Source: Antechinus flavipes
Lineage: Eukaryota
NCBI RefSeq assembly: GCF_016432865.1
Contig: NC_067399.1
Location: 258,974,001 to 259,038,000, forward strand
Length of the DNA: 64,000 nt
Direction: 5' to 3'
The position numbers and the translations under genes were made by a program. This document shows, in pieces, positions 1 to 10,770 of this stretch. The stretch's first letter is position 1. Each line of letters opens with the position of its first letter. The notes beneath the pieces are model-generated. The model did no database searches and was not told the DNA's origin. It saw nothing but the letters and a program-made list of their open reading frames with translations.

Positions 1-710
1 CTCTGATTTTCACTTGAGAGGGTGCAAGATTCAACCAACTGTTTTAACATGCTGACATTAGCATCAGGAGAGAATGTATTAGGTGGGTACAGTGCCTGGT
101 GTATGAAAACTAGGCCTGGATGCACAGAATTTCCAAAGCAGTCACGGTCCGGCTCTCTGTGGATCACATTGCTGCTTTGTTCTCATGTGATCCTGTCCCA
201 TCTCCCACCCTTACAAGCCCAAAGACTTGTGTTTCCCTTTCATCTGGACTGAGTTCCTGTCCCTAAAAGATAGCCTTTGGATAAAAGGAGCCCCACTCTG
301 GGATGTCTAAGTGAAGAGGTGATTGGATTAAAGGTGAAGACAGTCAAAGAGGTTGGGATTAATTAGCTAATCAGTTGGTTGGTAATCCCCTGGGTGTTCC
401 TCTCCCTCGGTACTGTGGGTTCTCACTAGCCTTAGAATTGGTTTAGTCCACTCACCACCCTTAAACTCCAGCCATCAGAATTGTACTGACACCTCCACCC
501 CACCCTCCCACCTTCTCCCAAGTTCAGGCACTGACAAGATTGGAATTTTTCAAAAGGAGTCTTTACTAGGAAACTCTGGGGCAGAAGGAAAGAAACACAA
601 TAGCAGAGAAGCAGATGAATTTGCAGAGCACGCATTCCTGATCAGAGCAAATACTGAGCCCCAGAGCAGCTTATATGGAATAAGTTACAGATCATCTGCT
701 TCCGGGGGGA

Positions 711-925
711 CAGCAAAGGGTGGTGGAAGAAGCGCTAGACTTAGAATTCAATGATTGGGGTTCAAGTCCCTTGGGCAAAAGTCATGTCACCTCTGAGCCT
801 GTTTCCTCATCTGTAAAATGGGGATAATACTTGCATTGCCTACCTCACAAGGTTCCTGTGAGGAAAACGCTTTGTAAACGGTAAAGTGCTATAGAAATAT
901 GAACTGTCCTTAGTAGTAGTTATTG
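711..925 (+). mobile_element. MIR-type CORE-SINE remnant
   Basis: Core motif ctctgagcctgtttcctcatctgtaaaatggggataata plus an L2-like tail (gctttgtaaac...gtgctatagaaat); boundaries approximate. Confidence 0.7.
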
Positions 926-1512
926 TCCTTATTCTTGCCCCTGACACTGAGCTGAACCCAAATAAAAAGGTTTACCATACGTGACCCAGGGGGAAGGAGA
1001 TCGGTAGATCCCTGGGTTCAAGCACAGCAGTGGTAGAGGCCCAGAGTTCCAAGAGGGGTCACCCACACAGGAGAGAGGTGGGTGCCTGTAGTCCCTTCTT
1101 GCTGGGGAATCCTTGGCTGATGGAACCAGCCCAGACGTATAAAAGAACTGAGAGGCCTCTAGATCTGGTTGTCCATGTTTCCCAGGCTCACACACAAGGC
1201 CCAACATAACGAAGCACACAAATGGAGCCTAGTTGCATGCTGACATGAGACTCCAGGGACCGTGTCTTCATTGCTGGAAGGGAGAACCTGCGACCCAACT
1301 CTGGGTAGAAGGGTTCCTGGGGAAGATGCAGACCTGTTAGATTGAAAGGGCTCTGGGCTGGATTTCATAGGCCTCTCTCCCATGACTACTCTGCTATAAG
1401 GAAGGAGAGAATGGGGAGACTCGGACTGAGGCTTATGTCCACCTGGGGAGGAAGGTTGTGCTGTTGAAGATGATTCCAGTTAGCAATTGAAATGGCAACT
1501 TTGGCAAAGGGT

Positions 1513-1518
1513 TTTAAT
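1513..1518 (-). terminator. RNF208: Candidate polyadenylation signal (ATTAAA) for RNF208
   Basis: tttaat on + (ATTAAA on -), about 320 nt downstream of the RNF208 stop. Confidence 0.45.
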
Positions 1519-1834
1519 GGCAAAACTGGCTGCAGAGACCCCTTTTTGAAGGAGGAATAGGAAGCAGCAGGGCAGGGGCAGAAAAGGCTTCTTCTTAGGG
1601 GCTAGCATGGCTCCACTTCTAGGAGAAGCAGCTTCAGAGGGTAAGCAAACACCCAGGGAGGTCGAAGGAAAGTAAGGATCCCAGAACATATGGAGACAGG
1701 GAACATCTAGGTAGCAGTCCTTTTCTGCTAAGTCCTTTGGGATGTTCCAAAAGTCTGACACTGGAAGAACCAAGGGGAGCAGAAGTCCTAGCATGGGGGA
1801 TGAGAAGATAGCAGGTATCGGAGGGTGGGGAGCA

Positions 1835-2590
1835 CTACATGATAGCGCAGGAGGACAGCGGGTTCCGCACGTGGCAGGTACAGGCAGCCCCACAGTACTG
1901 GCGGAAGGTCTGGTAGCAACTGCCCTCAGCCTCACCACCCCACTGGCCAGGTGGGGCAGTCAGTGCCTCTGGTGGCAGGCGACTCAAGATGGATGTATTG
2001 ACAGCCAGGGCAGCCAGCCCATAGTCAGTGAAGAGCACAGTCTCCCTGCGGCAAGTAGGGCAAGAGATGAATTTGTACTTGGGGCAGGACTCATAAAGGA
2101 TTTGTAGACACTGCTCACACACAGAATGCAGACAGGACAGCACACGTGGACGCCGCTGGGTCAGGTTGTATGTGTGCCCGCAGGTCGGGCACTCCAGCGG
2201 CTCCCCAGCTGGGCCAGGCCGTAACACGTATTGGTTCACAATGACCTCATCACCAGGAGCTACTCGGGGGAAGCCCAACTCAGCACTGCTCTTCCGGGGC
2301 CTCCTGGGGGGAGGTGGTGTTCGAGGTACCCCTTCCAAGGCAGGAACATCCCCACCACAGGCCTGATTGACAATGATCTCGGTGTCAGAAGGCCAGGCCC
2401 TCTTGGGGGCCAGGGCAGGAGCAGGCCTGGGAGTGGGTGTGTAGCGGGGGGTTCCCGCCTGGAGCTCTGGGAACTTCTCTGGGTGAACGATCTTCATAGT
2501 CTCCATCTTGAGGATGACCTGTGGGCCCTTCAGGCAGGACATGAGGAGGCCGGGCCAGCCACTCGCCTCGGGCCCAGGGGGCGCCGGCAT
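1835..2590 (-). CDS. RNF208: RING finger protein 208, E3 ubiquitin ligase (251 aa, single coding exon)
   Basis: ORF MPAPPGPEASGWPGLLMSCLKGP...KIVHPEKFPEL...RAWPSDTEIIVNQ; RING CPTC-x15-CLHSVCEQC-x15-CPTC; ends CTCHVRNPLSSCAIM*. Closely matches mammalian RNF208 as recalled. Confidence 0.97.
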   Translation of the reverse strand: MPAPPGPEASGWPGLLMSCLKGPQVILKMETMKIVHPEKFPELQAGTPRYTPTPRPAPALAPKRAWPSDTEIIVNQACGGDVPALEGVPRTPPPPRRPRKSSAELGFPRVAPGDEVIVNQYVLRPGPAGEPLECPTCGHTYNLTQRRPRVLSCLHSVCEQCLQILYESCPKYKFISCPTCRRETVLFTDYGLAALAVNTSILSRLPPEALTAPPGQWGGEAEGSCYQTFRQYCGAACTCHVRNPLSSCAIM

Positions 2591-3054
2591 CCGGCTAGTG
2601 GCACTTAAGCTGGTTGTGCCCTGGGTTGGGGGTGCCAGTGAGGACCCAGCATCCGGGACAACATCTTGGCACTGCCAGGATTGAGGTGTTCCCCGGCCGC
2701 CCCCCCGACTCCCAGGGGCGGCCGGTGAGAATGTTTGGGGACAGATCTGGGGGGGAGACCCCCCCAGGAGCCCCAGCTTCCTCCCAGGGCAAGTCTCAGA
2801 AGAAGGAGAAATGACTCGAGGAGTGGATGTAGGAGATCCCCAAGGTATAGGTGTGTCCCCCAGGGCCTCTGCCCTCTACCTGAGGAGGTGTGCAGGAGGC
2901 TTCCTCTCTGGCCTGAGTCAGTGGTCCTGGTACCCAGGCAGGTGGACCCCCAGGCACTTTGGGGTTTCCATGGCTCCAGGGCGGGGCTTCCCAGGGGGGT
3001 TGGTTCCCCTACCCTCCCACCAGTCAAGGGACACCCGGGAGAACAGGAAAGAAA

Positions 3055-3406
3055 CTGCAAACAGAGAGTAAAGGGTAAAAGAGGTCACGGGGCCAAAGGA
3101 GACGTGACCCTAGAACCAATTGCCTGACCCCTCAACCAAACCCATCCCCAAACCTGGGAACTTGACCTCTGACTCCCACCCCCGGTCCAGAAACCCAAGG
3201 AGCCCTCCCTCTCCAGCCCAGGTGTGTGCTCCGCCCCCAAAGCCCTTGGAGAAAGGAGAGGATGGAGAAGGGCCAGGGAGGGGTTAGCCGCTTATCCCCG
3301 GCAGACAGACCTCAGGCCAGGGCAAGCGAGAGCCCGTAGGGTCCGGTCGCGATGGGTGCCCCAGCCCAGGGCCGCCCTCCACCCCGTCTCCGGCCCTGTC
3401 CGTCAC
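3055..3406 (-). other. RNF208: Putative 5'-UTR intron of RNF208 (352 nt)
   Basis: Minus-strand donor CCAG|GTGACG (GT = 3406-3405); acceptor cctcttttaccctttactctctgtttgcAG| (AG = 3056-3055) with a long pyrimidine tract. Confidence 0.6.
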
Positions 3407-3910
3407 CTGGCTCAGTCCCCAGCGGCTCCGATGCGGCCCCAGGCCCGGCCAGCTCGGGCGCGCCTCCGCTGAGGTTATCTGAAAGGCAGAGACAGGGATG
3501 CGCCGCCGCTCCCCAGCTCGGCCCGAGGCGGCTTCTCGGCTCGGCGCGCTCAGCAGCTGCTCACAAGGAGGGAGAGAGGAAAGGAGGAGCAGGGCCCGGC
3601 GTCTGAGGATGCGACGGGAGGATGCAGGGGCCCGGGCCCGGAGCGGGGGCGCGGGCGGGGGGCGCGGCGCGGCTGGCTCAGCTGGACTCGGCGCGGCGGC
3701 GGCGGCGGCGGCGGCAGGTGCGTGCGGAGCCGAGCGCGCTCTGCGGCGGAGACGCGGGGACCGCAGTGAGTGCGCGCTGCGCCTCGCGTCCCCCTCGCTC
3801 GCTCGGCGCGGCTGTAGCGCCTCCCCGGGCCCCCGACCTGACCCCGCCCCCAGCTCGCCCAGCCAGAGTCCCCCGCTCCCTCACCGCCCCCGCATCTCAC
3901 ACCCCTGCAG
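3280..3910 (-). promoter_or_regulatory. RNF208: CpG island: RNF208 promoter and non-coding exon 1
   Basis: Very dense CpG; GC boxes (ccccgcccc 3842-3850); lies directly 5' of the inferred donor at 3407. Confidence 0.85.
3695..3715. repeat. (GGC)7 trinucleotide repeat
   Basis: Direct read of ggcggcggcggcggcggcggc. Confidence 0.95.
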
Positions 3911-4208
3911 CGTTTAGTTTCCTCCCCACGCCAGCCCCCCACTTCTCATAACAGGAGGGAAGGTGACTTGGGTCCCTCTGGGGGCAACAGAATTGAGGTT
4001 CCCAGGCTATGCCCCCACTCAGAACACGAACATGTTTCTTGTCTCCCAATTACATCAAGTGTCTCCGAGGGACCCCTCCCCCTCTCTGCAGGGCCAGCCA
4101 GGAGGGGAAGGTGGCAAGGGCTCACGATCACAGCAGGAGTGGATGCCCAGCAGAGAGCCCTGTCACAGTCCTAGCGCTTCCATATTTTCTCCTCGGCCCC
4201 ATTAACGG

Positions 4209-4234
4209 ACACACACACACACACACACACACAC
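4209..4234. repeat. (AC)13 microsatellite
   Basis: Direct read. Confidence 0.95.
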
Positions 4235-4999
4235 GCCATTGGGTGTGACGAATGACATGAGCTCCAGCTCCCACTCCCAGACAAGGCCTCAGTCTTGGGG
4301 GGGGGGGGCAGTTTCAGGCTGTGGGAGCCAGGCTCTGGCACAGGAAATCCGGGCTTTCTCCTCTCCAGGCCCCTGCCTCGCCACACACAATGCAGCCTGG
4401 GGGAGGGGGAGGAATAACTGGGGGAAAGGGAGGACCTGGGCAGGATAGGTGGGAATTAATTTTTTTGGTGTAGTTTAGTTGGGAAGGCAATTGTACCCTC
4501 TGGATGGAAAGCCACAAGTGACCTCAGACCATCAGGAAAATATGACTCTCTCTCACCTGCATTTCTTCCGTGCTCCTTTTGCTGAATTTAAATCTCACCC
4601 CTTCCCCTCATCCCCTTGTTATCTCATAAACATATTGCATGACTCACCATAACCCTCTACTCTCCACCGATTGCTCGTCTGCAACCGTTAAGTCCAAGCC
4701 TTCATATTTTACCTCTGAACTCTTGGGCTTAGAAACTGGCCAGGGAGAGGAGCCCACAGATCCTAGCAGGGTGGTCAAGGAAAATGCCCTCCTAGCACTC
4801 TCAGGTCAGTCTCTGGGGAAAAGTTCCCCTTGGGACCCTTGGACCTAGAGAGTCAGGGAGTTGCCTGCAGTCCCCAGAATCTGTGTTTAGCTCACACGTG
4901 GCCCATCTGGAGAAAATAAAATTTGAATTGTGGGGAGGAGGGAGGTAAATTATAATGACAATTAGAGTAATATCTAGAGCTGGAATGATCACGTAACCA

Positions 5000-6130
5000 T
5001 TTTTCTCTCTTTACATGTAAATCTCTCTCTCAGATCCACTGCACAAACAGAAGTCCATCTATGGTCAACCATCTAAAAAGGTCTTCCATCCATGGGTCAA
5101 CCAGCACTACCAACGTGCCTACCTCCTCCCCAGTTTAATTGAAATCAAGTTTTCTTTCAAGGACTCTACCTCATGTAACCTATTTCATTGGAGATACTCC
5201 TCCTACTGCCTCAAATTAGAGACCAAGAGAATGGTCAGCATATCTTTCACTACCCATTGCATTTCCAAGAGCACGCCTCTACCATTAGCCCTTTCTTCTT
5301 TCAAAATCCTTTCAACTCCCATGTACTTTCTTTTTCCCATCTTGATGACTGTACCTTATGACTTCCAGATTATTCTTCCAACTTTTTTTTCTCTGAGGCA
5401 ACTGGGGTTAAGTGACTTGCCCCAGGTCACACAGCCAGAAAATGTTGTGTCTGAGAGCAAATTTGAACTCAGGTTCTCCTGACTTCATGGCTGGTTCTCT
5501 ATCCACTGCACCATCTAGCTGCCCCTCAGCTTTTTCTAGTTTTAAAAGTCCTACCAGCCTCCATACAACTGCTTCTACCTTCACCATTCTGTCAGTGGTC
5601 ATAATTTCATTCCTTGCCTCAAGTACAAGGCTCCACCTCATCTCTATCCCAGGAGGCCTTACTTCTTAGAGGAATATTATCACTTGGATGTGGAACCTAA
5701 AGCGTGGAATTCTCATCTGGCTTATGGTCTTTCTCTCCAACCTATCTTCTATCATCATTCTCAATAATTGTAATATTCATGTTGACAATGCCACCAGGAA
5801 TCTGATTTCTCAATTTCTCCATAATCTCAATTCCAAAGATTTTCTCCACCTAACAAGGATGTACTATAGACTGTATAAGCATTCAGAATTATACTATTCT
5901 AAGATTTTAATCTTGGAATTCCACTGTTCAAGAACAACCTTCTGTCCTATCTTTCTTGCTCTCATTTATACTCTTCCATCTTTGTAATCTTCAGTTTCTT
6001 GAACCTTTCTTATTCTCCCACTATATATCCCTTTTCTGGTTTTATTTGCCTCCCATACCCAATCTCTGATTCTATGTATAACTAACTATTCTTCTAGGAT
6101 TTCTTGTCTCCCTGATATTCTCTGTTTCTG
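5000..6130 (+). mobile_element. L2 LINE ORF2 (APE endonuclease region) remnant
   Basis: ORF 5688-5987 contains WLMVFLS..SIIILNNCNIHVD..NLISQFL, a decayed form of the L2 ILGDFNIHVD motif; interrupted by a SINE. Confidence 0.65.
5383..5525 (-). mobile_element. Marsupial tRNA-derived CORE-SINE (WSINE1/Mar1-like)
   Basis: Reverse complement of ggggcagctagatggtgcagtggatagag...gagttcaaat...gtgacctggggcaagtcacttaacccc...gcctcag followed by an A tail. Confidence 0.85.
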
Positions 6131-6409
6131 GATAGCTGTCCACATCTGATTTTTAAATTTTGTTTTGTTTTGCCTTTTTGCTCCCACTTTTTGCCAGAGC
6201 AAAAGTGCTTGGAGAAATTTATGAAATTTATTAGATCCTAGATTTAATTTTGGAAAATATTTTATTTAGCAATGCCCTAATCCAACCTTTCATTTTACAG
6301 AGAAGGAAACTGAGGCATTGAGAAGGTAAGGGAGTTGCTTAAGGTCAGACAGGTCATAACTGAATGAGGATTTGAATTTTTTTATTCCAAATTCAGATTT
6401 TTTTACTTA

Positions 6410-6950
6410 AAAAAAAAAAAGCTCTTTTTGCTACATCGTTTAGTTAATTTCACCCACTATAAATTGATGGCATGTATACTATCAAAGCTAAAGAATACAT
6501 TCATATTGTCTGTTAAAATTATGAACTTATTGCAACTTATGTTAGATTTTTGCACAAGTGCTGAAGCAAGTATTTTTATTTTAGGTTTGGGGGGAAAGTA
6601 TTGTTAGCAGTTTGACAACATATTCAAAGATGGAAAAAAATGTATTTTTGTTCTTACCCTAGTTTCCTTAAGTCTAATTCTGCAGCACCTATGTATATTT
6701 TGGCACTTCAATATTTAATGCTTCTAAGGAAGTATTGAAGCTGTATTTTATCTGTTCATATTCAATAGATCTTTAATTTTGTCAAGAAAAAAATTATGAA
6801 CTTATTATTTTCAATGAATGTACTTTGTAGGTAACTTGACATTTCTTCAAAAAATGTTTTGTCAAAATAAATCATTAAATTAAAAAAAAATTCATGGTTC
6901 ATAATTTCAGGGGACAGCTTGACAATCCTGTTTTACTCTTAGCAACTCTT
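6410..6950. mobile_element. Probable hAT DNA-transposon internal remnant
   Basis: AT-rich segment resembling degraded hAT internal sequence, near MER63-like ends at 9.8-10.9 kb; family not firmly established. Confidence 0.3.
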
Positions 6951-7329
6951 TATTAATTTCTAATAACAACAGATTTTTCTATCCTCTTACCACCAACTAT
7001 ACTGTCACTGTTCACAATTACAGCAGATGTCAGCCTCTTTCTCCCTTGGGTAGGTTGCAGTCACCCAACTTCATTTCTTCAGCTCTCCTTCATACCTCCA
7101 ACCTTCTAAGCATCTTTGCCCTTTCCTCTTTTCTTCTCATTACAGAAGATGAGATGTTTCTAGTTTTCACCATGGTTAACCTTTTTTCCTAAATCCTTGA
7201 CCTCCTTTTTTCCAGCCTCCTTCAGTACTTTGACCCAGCAATCATCCCTTCTCTTTCTGCATCCTTAATCTCACCTTCACCAGTATCATGGACAAATATT
7301 CACCTTAAAAATATCAACTTGGCAATTAT

Positions 7330-7770
7330 AAAATATGGAGATGAACTGAAGAGGAGAGAGGCTAGATGCTAGGAGACCAACTGGGATGATAATCCAATAG
7401 TCCAAATAAGAAATGATGGGATCCTGAAAGAGGCAGTTGTGATGTAAATAGTGAGAAAAGGATGCTTAGGAGAGATGTTAAAAGGTTAGAATTTAGCAAG
7501 ATTTAGCAACTGATTAGATAGGTGTGACAACATGGTGTTGATAGTTCTTAAGTTTTGAATCTGGGTGACTGGAATAATGGCAATAGCCTTAACAGAAATA
7601 TAGACGTAAAAAGTGAGTTTGGGAGGAAAGATAGTAAGGGTATTTTGGACATAATGAGTTTGAGTTGTCTGTGGTCATGATGTTGGAGATGTACAGCCAG
7701 GAAGTTGGTGGGAAGCAATACCAGGAGAAAGATACGGATAGGTTAGGTAGATCTGAAAATTATCTGCATA
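7330..7770 (-). mobile_element. L2 LINE remnant (RT/3' region)
   Basis: Typical antisense L2 text: gagtttgagttgtctgtgg...gttggagat...gtagatctgaaaattatctgcatagag (reverse complement of the LYADDSQIY region). Confidence 0.65.
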
Positions 7771-8409
7771 GAGAATTACATTCTTTGCAAGGGATAATGC
7801 TGTAAAAAATTACCTTGGCATGGGTTCTATCAATAAAAAGTTATTTTAAAAAATTTAAAAAAGAGAATTACATTCTTGGGAACTGATGAAATCGATAGAG
7901 AGAGAAGGTAGAAAAGAATGAAAAGGAGATGGCCCATGCATGCCAATTCCCAAGGGGGAATGTGTGATGATTTTGCAAAGGATACTGAAAAGGATTGGTC
8001 TTAGGGGTAGGAAAAGAACTACAAGCCCTATTATGGTAACTAACTGCCCACCTGGGACCTAACTGGCCAGTTCCAGTTGAGCAATGCTGCCAATTTCCTC
8101 CCTTCTCCTCCATTCTCTCCTTTCTATTCTTCTTTCTCATCTCCCCCCTCTTCTCCTTGGGGGAATCATACCACATATATGTGGGTGCTCTGTCCAAAGG
8201 AATATAAATTTTTATCACTTTTACATCACAAAATATCTTAGAATTGGGGCTAGAATATTTTTCTTTGCTTCCCAACAACAATCTGGTTAATTGAATGAGC
8301 GAGTGAGTGATTGAGATAGAAGCCAGATCACAAAGGTTTGAGAATCGAATGTGAGATGAGAAAATTAAAATATCTTTTCTTGTGGAAAAGATGGAATAAT
8401 ATATACTAA

Positions 8410-9185
8410 AGGATAGTTTAACTGGATGGATTTGAAACTGGTTGAATGACAGGACTCAAAGAAGAGTCATTAATAGTCAATGTCAACTTGGCAGATCCCC
8501 AGGAATCTGTGCTTGGCCCTGTGATGTTTAAAATTTTTATCAGTGACTTAAGGTGAAGATATAGATGAATGAATGAAAAAGCATTTATTAATCACTTTCT
8601 ATGTGCCATGGCACATAGTATGGCACATAATAAGTACCAAGCACTGTACTAACTTTTAGAAATACAAATAAAAAGGATAGGCTCTATCTCAAAGAGCTTA
8701 TAATCTAAAGGAAAAAATAATAGACATAGAGCAGTGGTATCCAGGGAGAAAATATTTTGATCCAGAAAGCTACAGGGATCAGAGATAGTAACTAAAAGGG
8801 GGTCATATGAGAGTAGATTGGTTTTATTTAATCATGGTTTGTGTTTCAAGAATTGAAGAGCCAGTGACATACACATGGCTATGAAGTTGTTGGTAAGGAG
8901 TCTATGAAGAAAGGAGGCAAAAAAAAAAAAAAAAAAAAAAGAGAAATTTTGGTTGAGTGATGGATTCAGAAACCAGATTGTAAGGGGTGGAGAAGTTATG
9001 TGAGATAAAAAAAAAATAGAGGTATATTTACATGTGAAAAAGAAAGATGTGTACTATCTAATGGCAAGCTTATTAAGTTGGCAGATGACACAAAGATAGA
9101 AGGGTTAGCTGACGTGATGGATGACAGTTAGGAACTAAAAAGACCTTAACAGGCTAGAGCATGAATCTAATAAGATGAAATTCAA
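8410..9185 (+). mobile_element. CR1/L3 RT fragments (8410-8560 and 9055-9185) split by later insertions
   Basis: ccccaggaatctgtgcttggccctgtgatgtttaaaatttttatcagtgactt (PQGSVLGP-type motif) and ttattaagttggcagatgacacaaag (LIK.ADDTK). Confidence 0.7.
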
Positions 9186-9819
9186 GGCATTAATTTTCCT
9201 TGCCATTTTTTCCTCCCCAGCTATTCTACTTTGTATCTATAGCTGCATTTCTTCCAGGTACTCATTTAGTCCTTGTAGGAAAGGCAGTCTTTTTTTTTTT
9301 TTTTTCCTGAGGTTCTACCTGTACCTGTATAATGTTGGGCCATTACCATCTTCTTCTATCTATACTTCTGGATATATTCTGGGTTTCTTCAGCTCTATCA
9401 GTGTAAACATCTTTTATTAGGAATTAGAATGTAAAAGAGAAGAGAGATACAGAATGATAGCTTGAGGGATGGTAGGGTCAAGTGAAGATTTTTGAAGGAT
9501 GGAGGTGATCTGGACAGGTTTGTAAACAACCAGCAAAGAGCCAGTGAATAAAGAACGTTTGACAATTGAAGATAGAAAGGGAAAAATTTATGGGGCAAGC
9601 TGCTAGAAGAGACATGAGAAATGGACTCAAGAAAGAATATATGTAGTGGGACTGGTATTGACATGAAGAAAGGCCTGAGACTGAAAGAAAGGAGGAAAGA
9701 ATAGCAAATGATGTTGAGGTTACTTAAAGTATAGAACTAGGCAGAAGACAGCTCCCAATAGAGGGAATCTCCTTATAGAGAGAGGGAGAGAGACAAAAAC
9801 AAAGATGTAGGCAACGTGT

Positions 9820-10120
9820 GCCAGCTTTAACTGTTTGGACTATTTGCTAAATTTGAGCATTTACACCTCAGAAATAAACAAATACTACAAATCAGGGCTT
9901 GGTTTATAGTTTTATTGATTACTTAAGAAAGCAATGGAGAAAATGTTAATAAGGTACATTTAAGTCTTTCATGTATATTCCTTTTTCCCCCCTAGCTGCT
10001 AAATATTCATTAGCACACCTTTGGATGAAGGTCATTTGAAAAGAACAAAGAAGCTTTGAATTAATTTCTGTGGAAAGTGAAAAAGTCAATTAGGAAAAAG
10101 TATAAGACAGTGTGCAACAG
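9820..10120 (+). mobile_element. hAT-Blackjack/MER63-like DNA transposon remnant
   Basis: atttacacctcagaaataaacaaatactacaaatcagggcttggtttat resembles the MER63 core as recalled; a related end caggtgtgtgctgataaat occurs at about 10791. Confidence 0.5.
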
Positions 10121-10189
10121 CAAGGGCTGAGATTCTAAACTTGACAAACACAAAATAATCTGTTTCTTTCTAAAGTGCCTTCTGTTTCC

Positions 10190-10770
10190 TTCTGCATATT
10201 TTAAATATTTCATTGACATTTTTTTTCCCCCTCTCTCATTTCCTTTTTTCTTTCTTTTCCTTTATTTCTGCAGGGCTATCACTATAATGTTGCCTTCCAC
10301 CACCATTTTAATAAAAACTAAAATTTCTCTTATACCAAATTAGTATAGTCACAAAAAAGACCTACATATTGGTCATGCCTGGAAACATGTCTAATTTTTC
10401 ATCTCTGATCCATTACTTTTTTGTCAAAAAGAAGCATTTTTCATCCTTAGTCCTCTGCAACCATGGTTGGTTACTGAATGATCAGATTTCATAAATATTT
10501 CAAAGTTGTTTTTCTTTACAAATGTTGTAGTCATTAAATAAAGTATTCCCTTGGATCTGTTTGATTCACTATGCATTAGTTCATACATAGTTTCTTAAGT
10601 TTCTCTGAATCTATCATTTTCATTATTTTTTAAAGTACATGAATATTCCATTATATTCATAAACTATAATTTGTTTAGCTATTCCCCAGTTGACTGGACA
10701 TCCCCTCAGTTTCTATTTCTTTTGCCATAATAAAAAATGCTTAAATATTGCAATGAATATATTTGTATAT
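10190..10770 (-). mobile_element. Old L1 3' end (antisense)
   Basis: tattccattatattcataaactataatttgtttagctattccccagttgactggacatcccctcagtttc, characteristic of an antisense marsupial L1 ORF2 end/3'UTR. Confidence 0.7.

Noticed and set aside
961-966. AATAAA as the NDOR1 polyA signal, or NDOR1 exons at the left edge
   Set aside because: No NDOR1 coding sequence is recognisable in the window; only synteny suggests it.
1480-3127. ORFs overlapping RNF208 on either strand (for example 1480-1938, 1742-2107, 2231-2608, 2735-3127)
   Set aside because: Shadow frames of GC-rich coding and UTR sequence with no family signature.
3224-3951. Several 70-140 aa Arg/Ala/Pro/Gly-rich ORFs on both strands
   Set aside because: Expected artefacts of a stop-poor CpG island and the GGC repeat; no recognisable domain.
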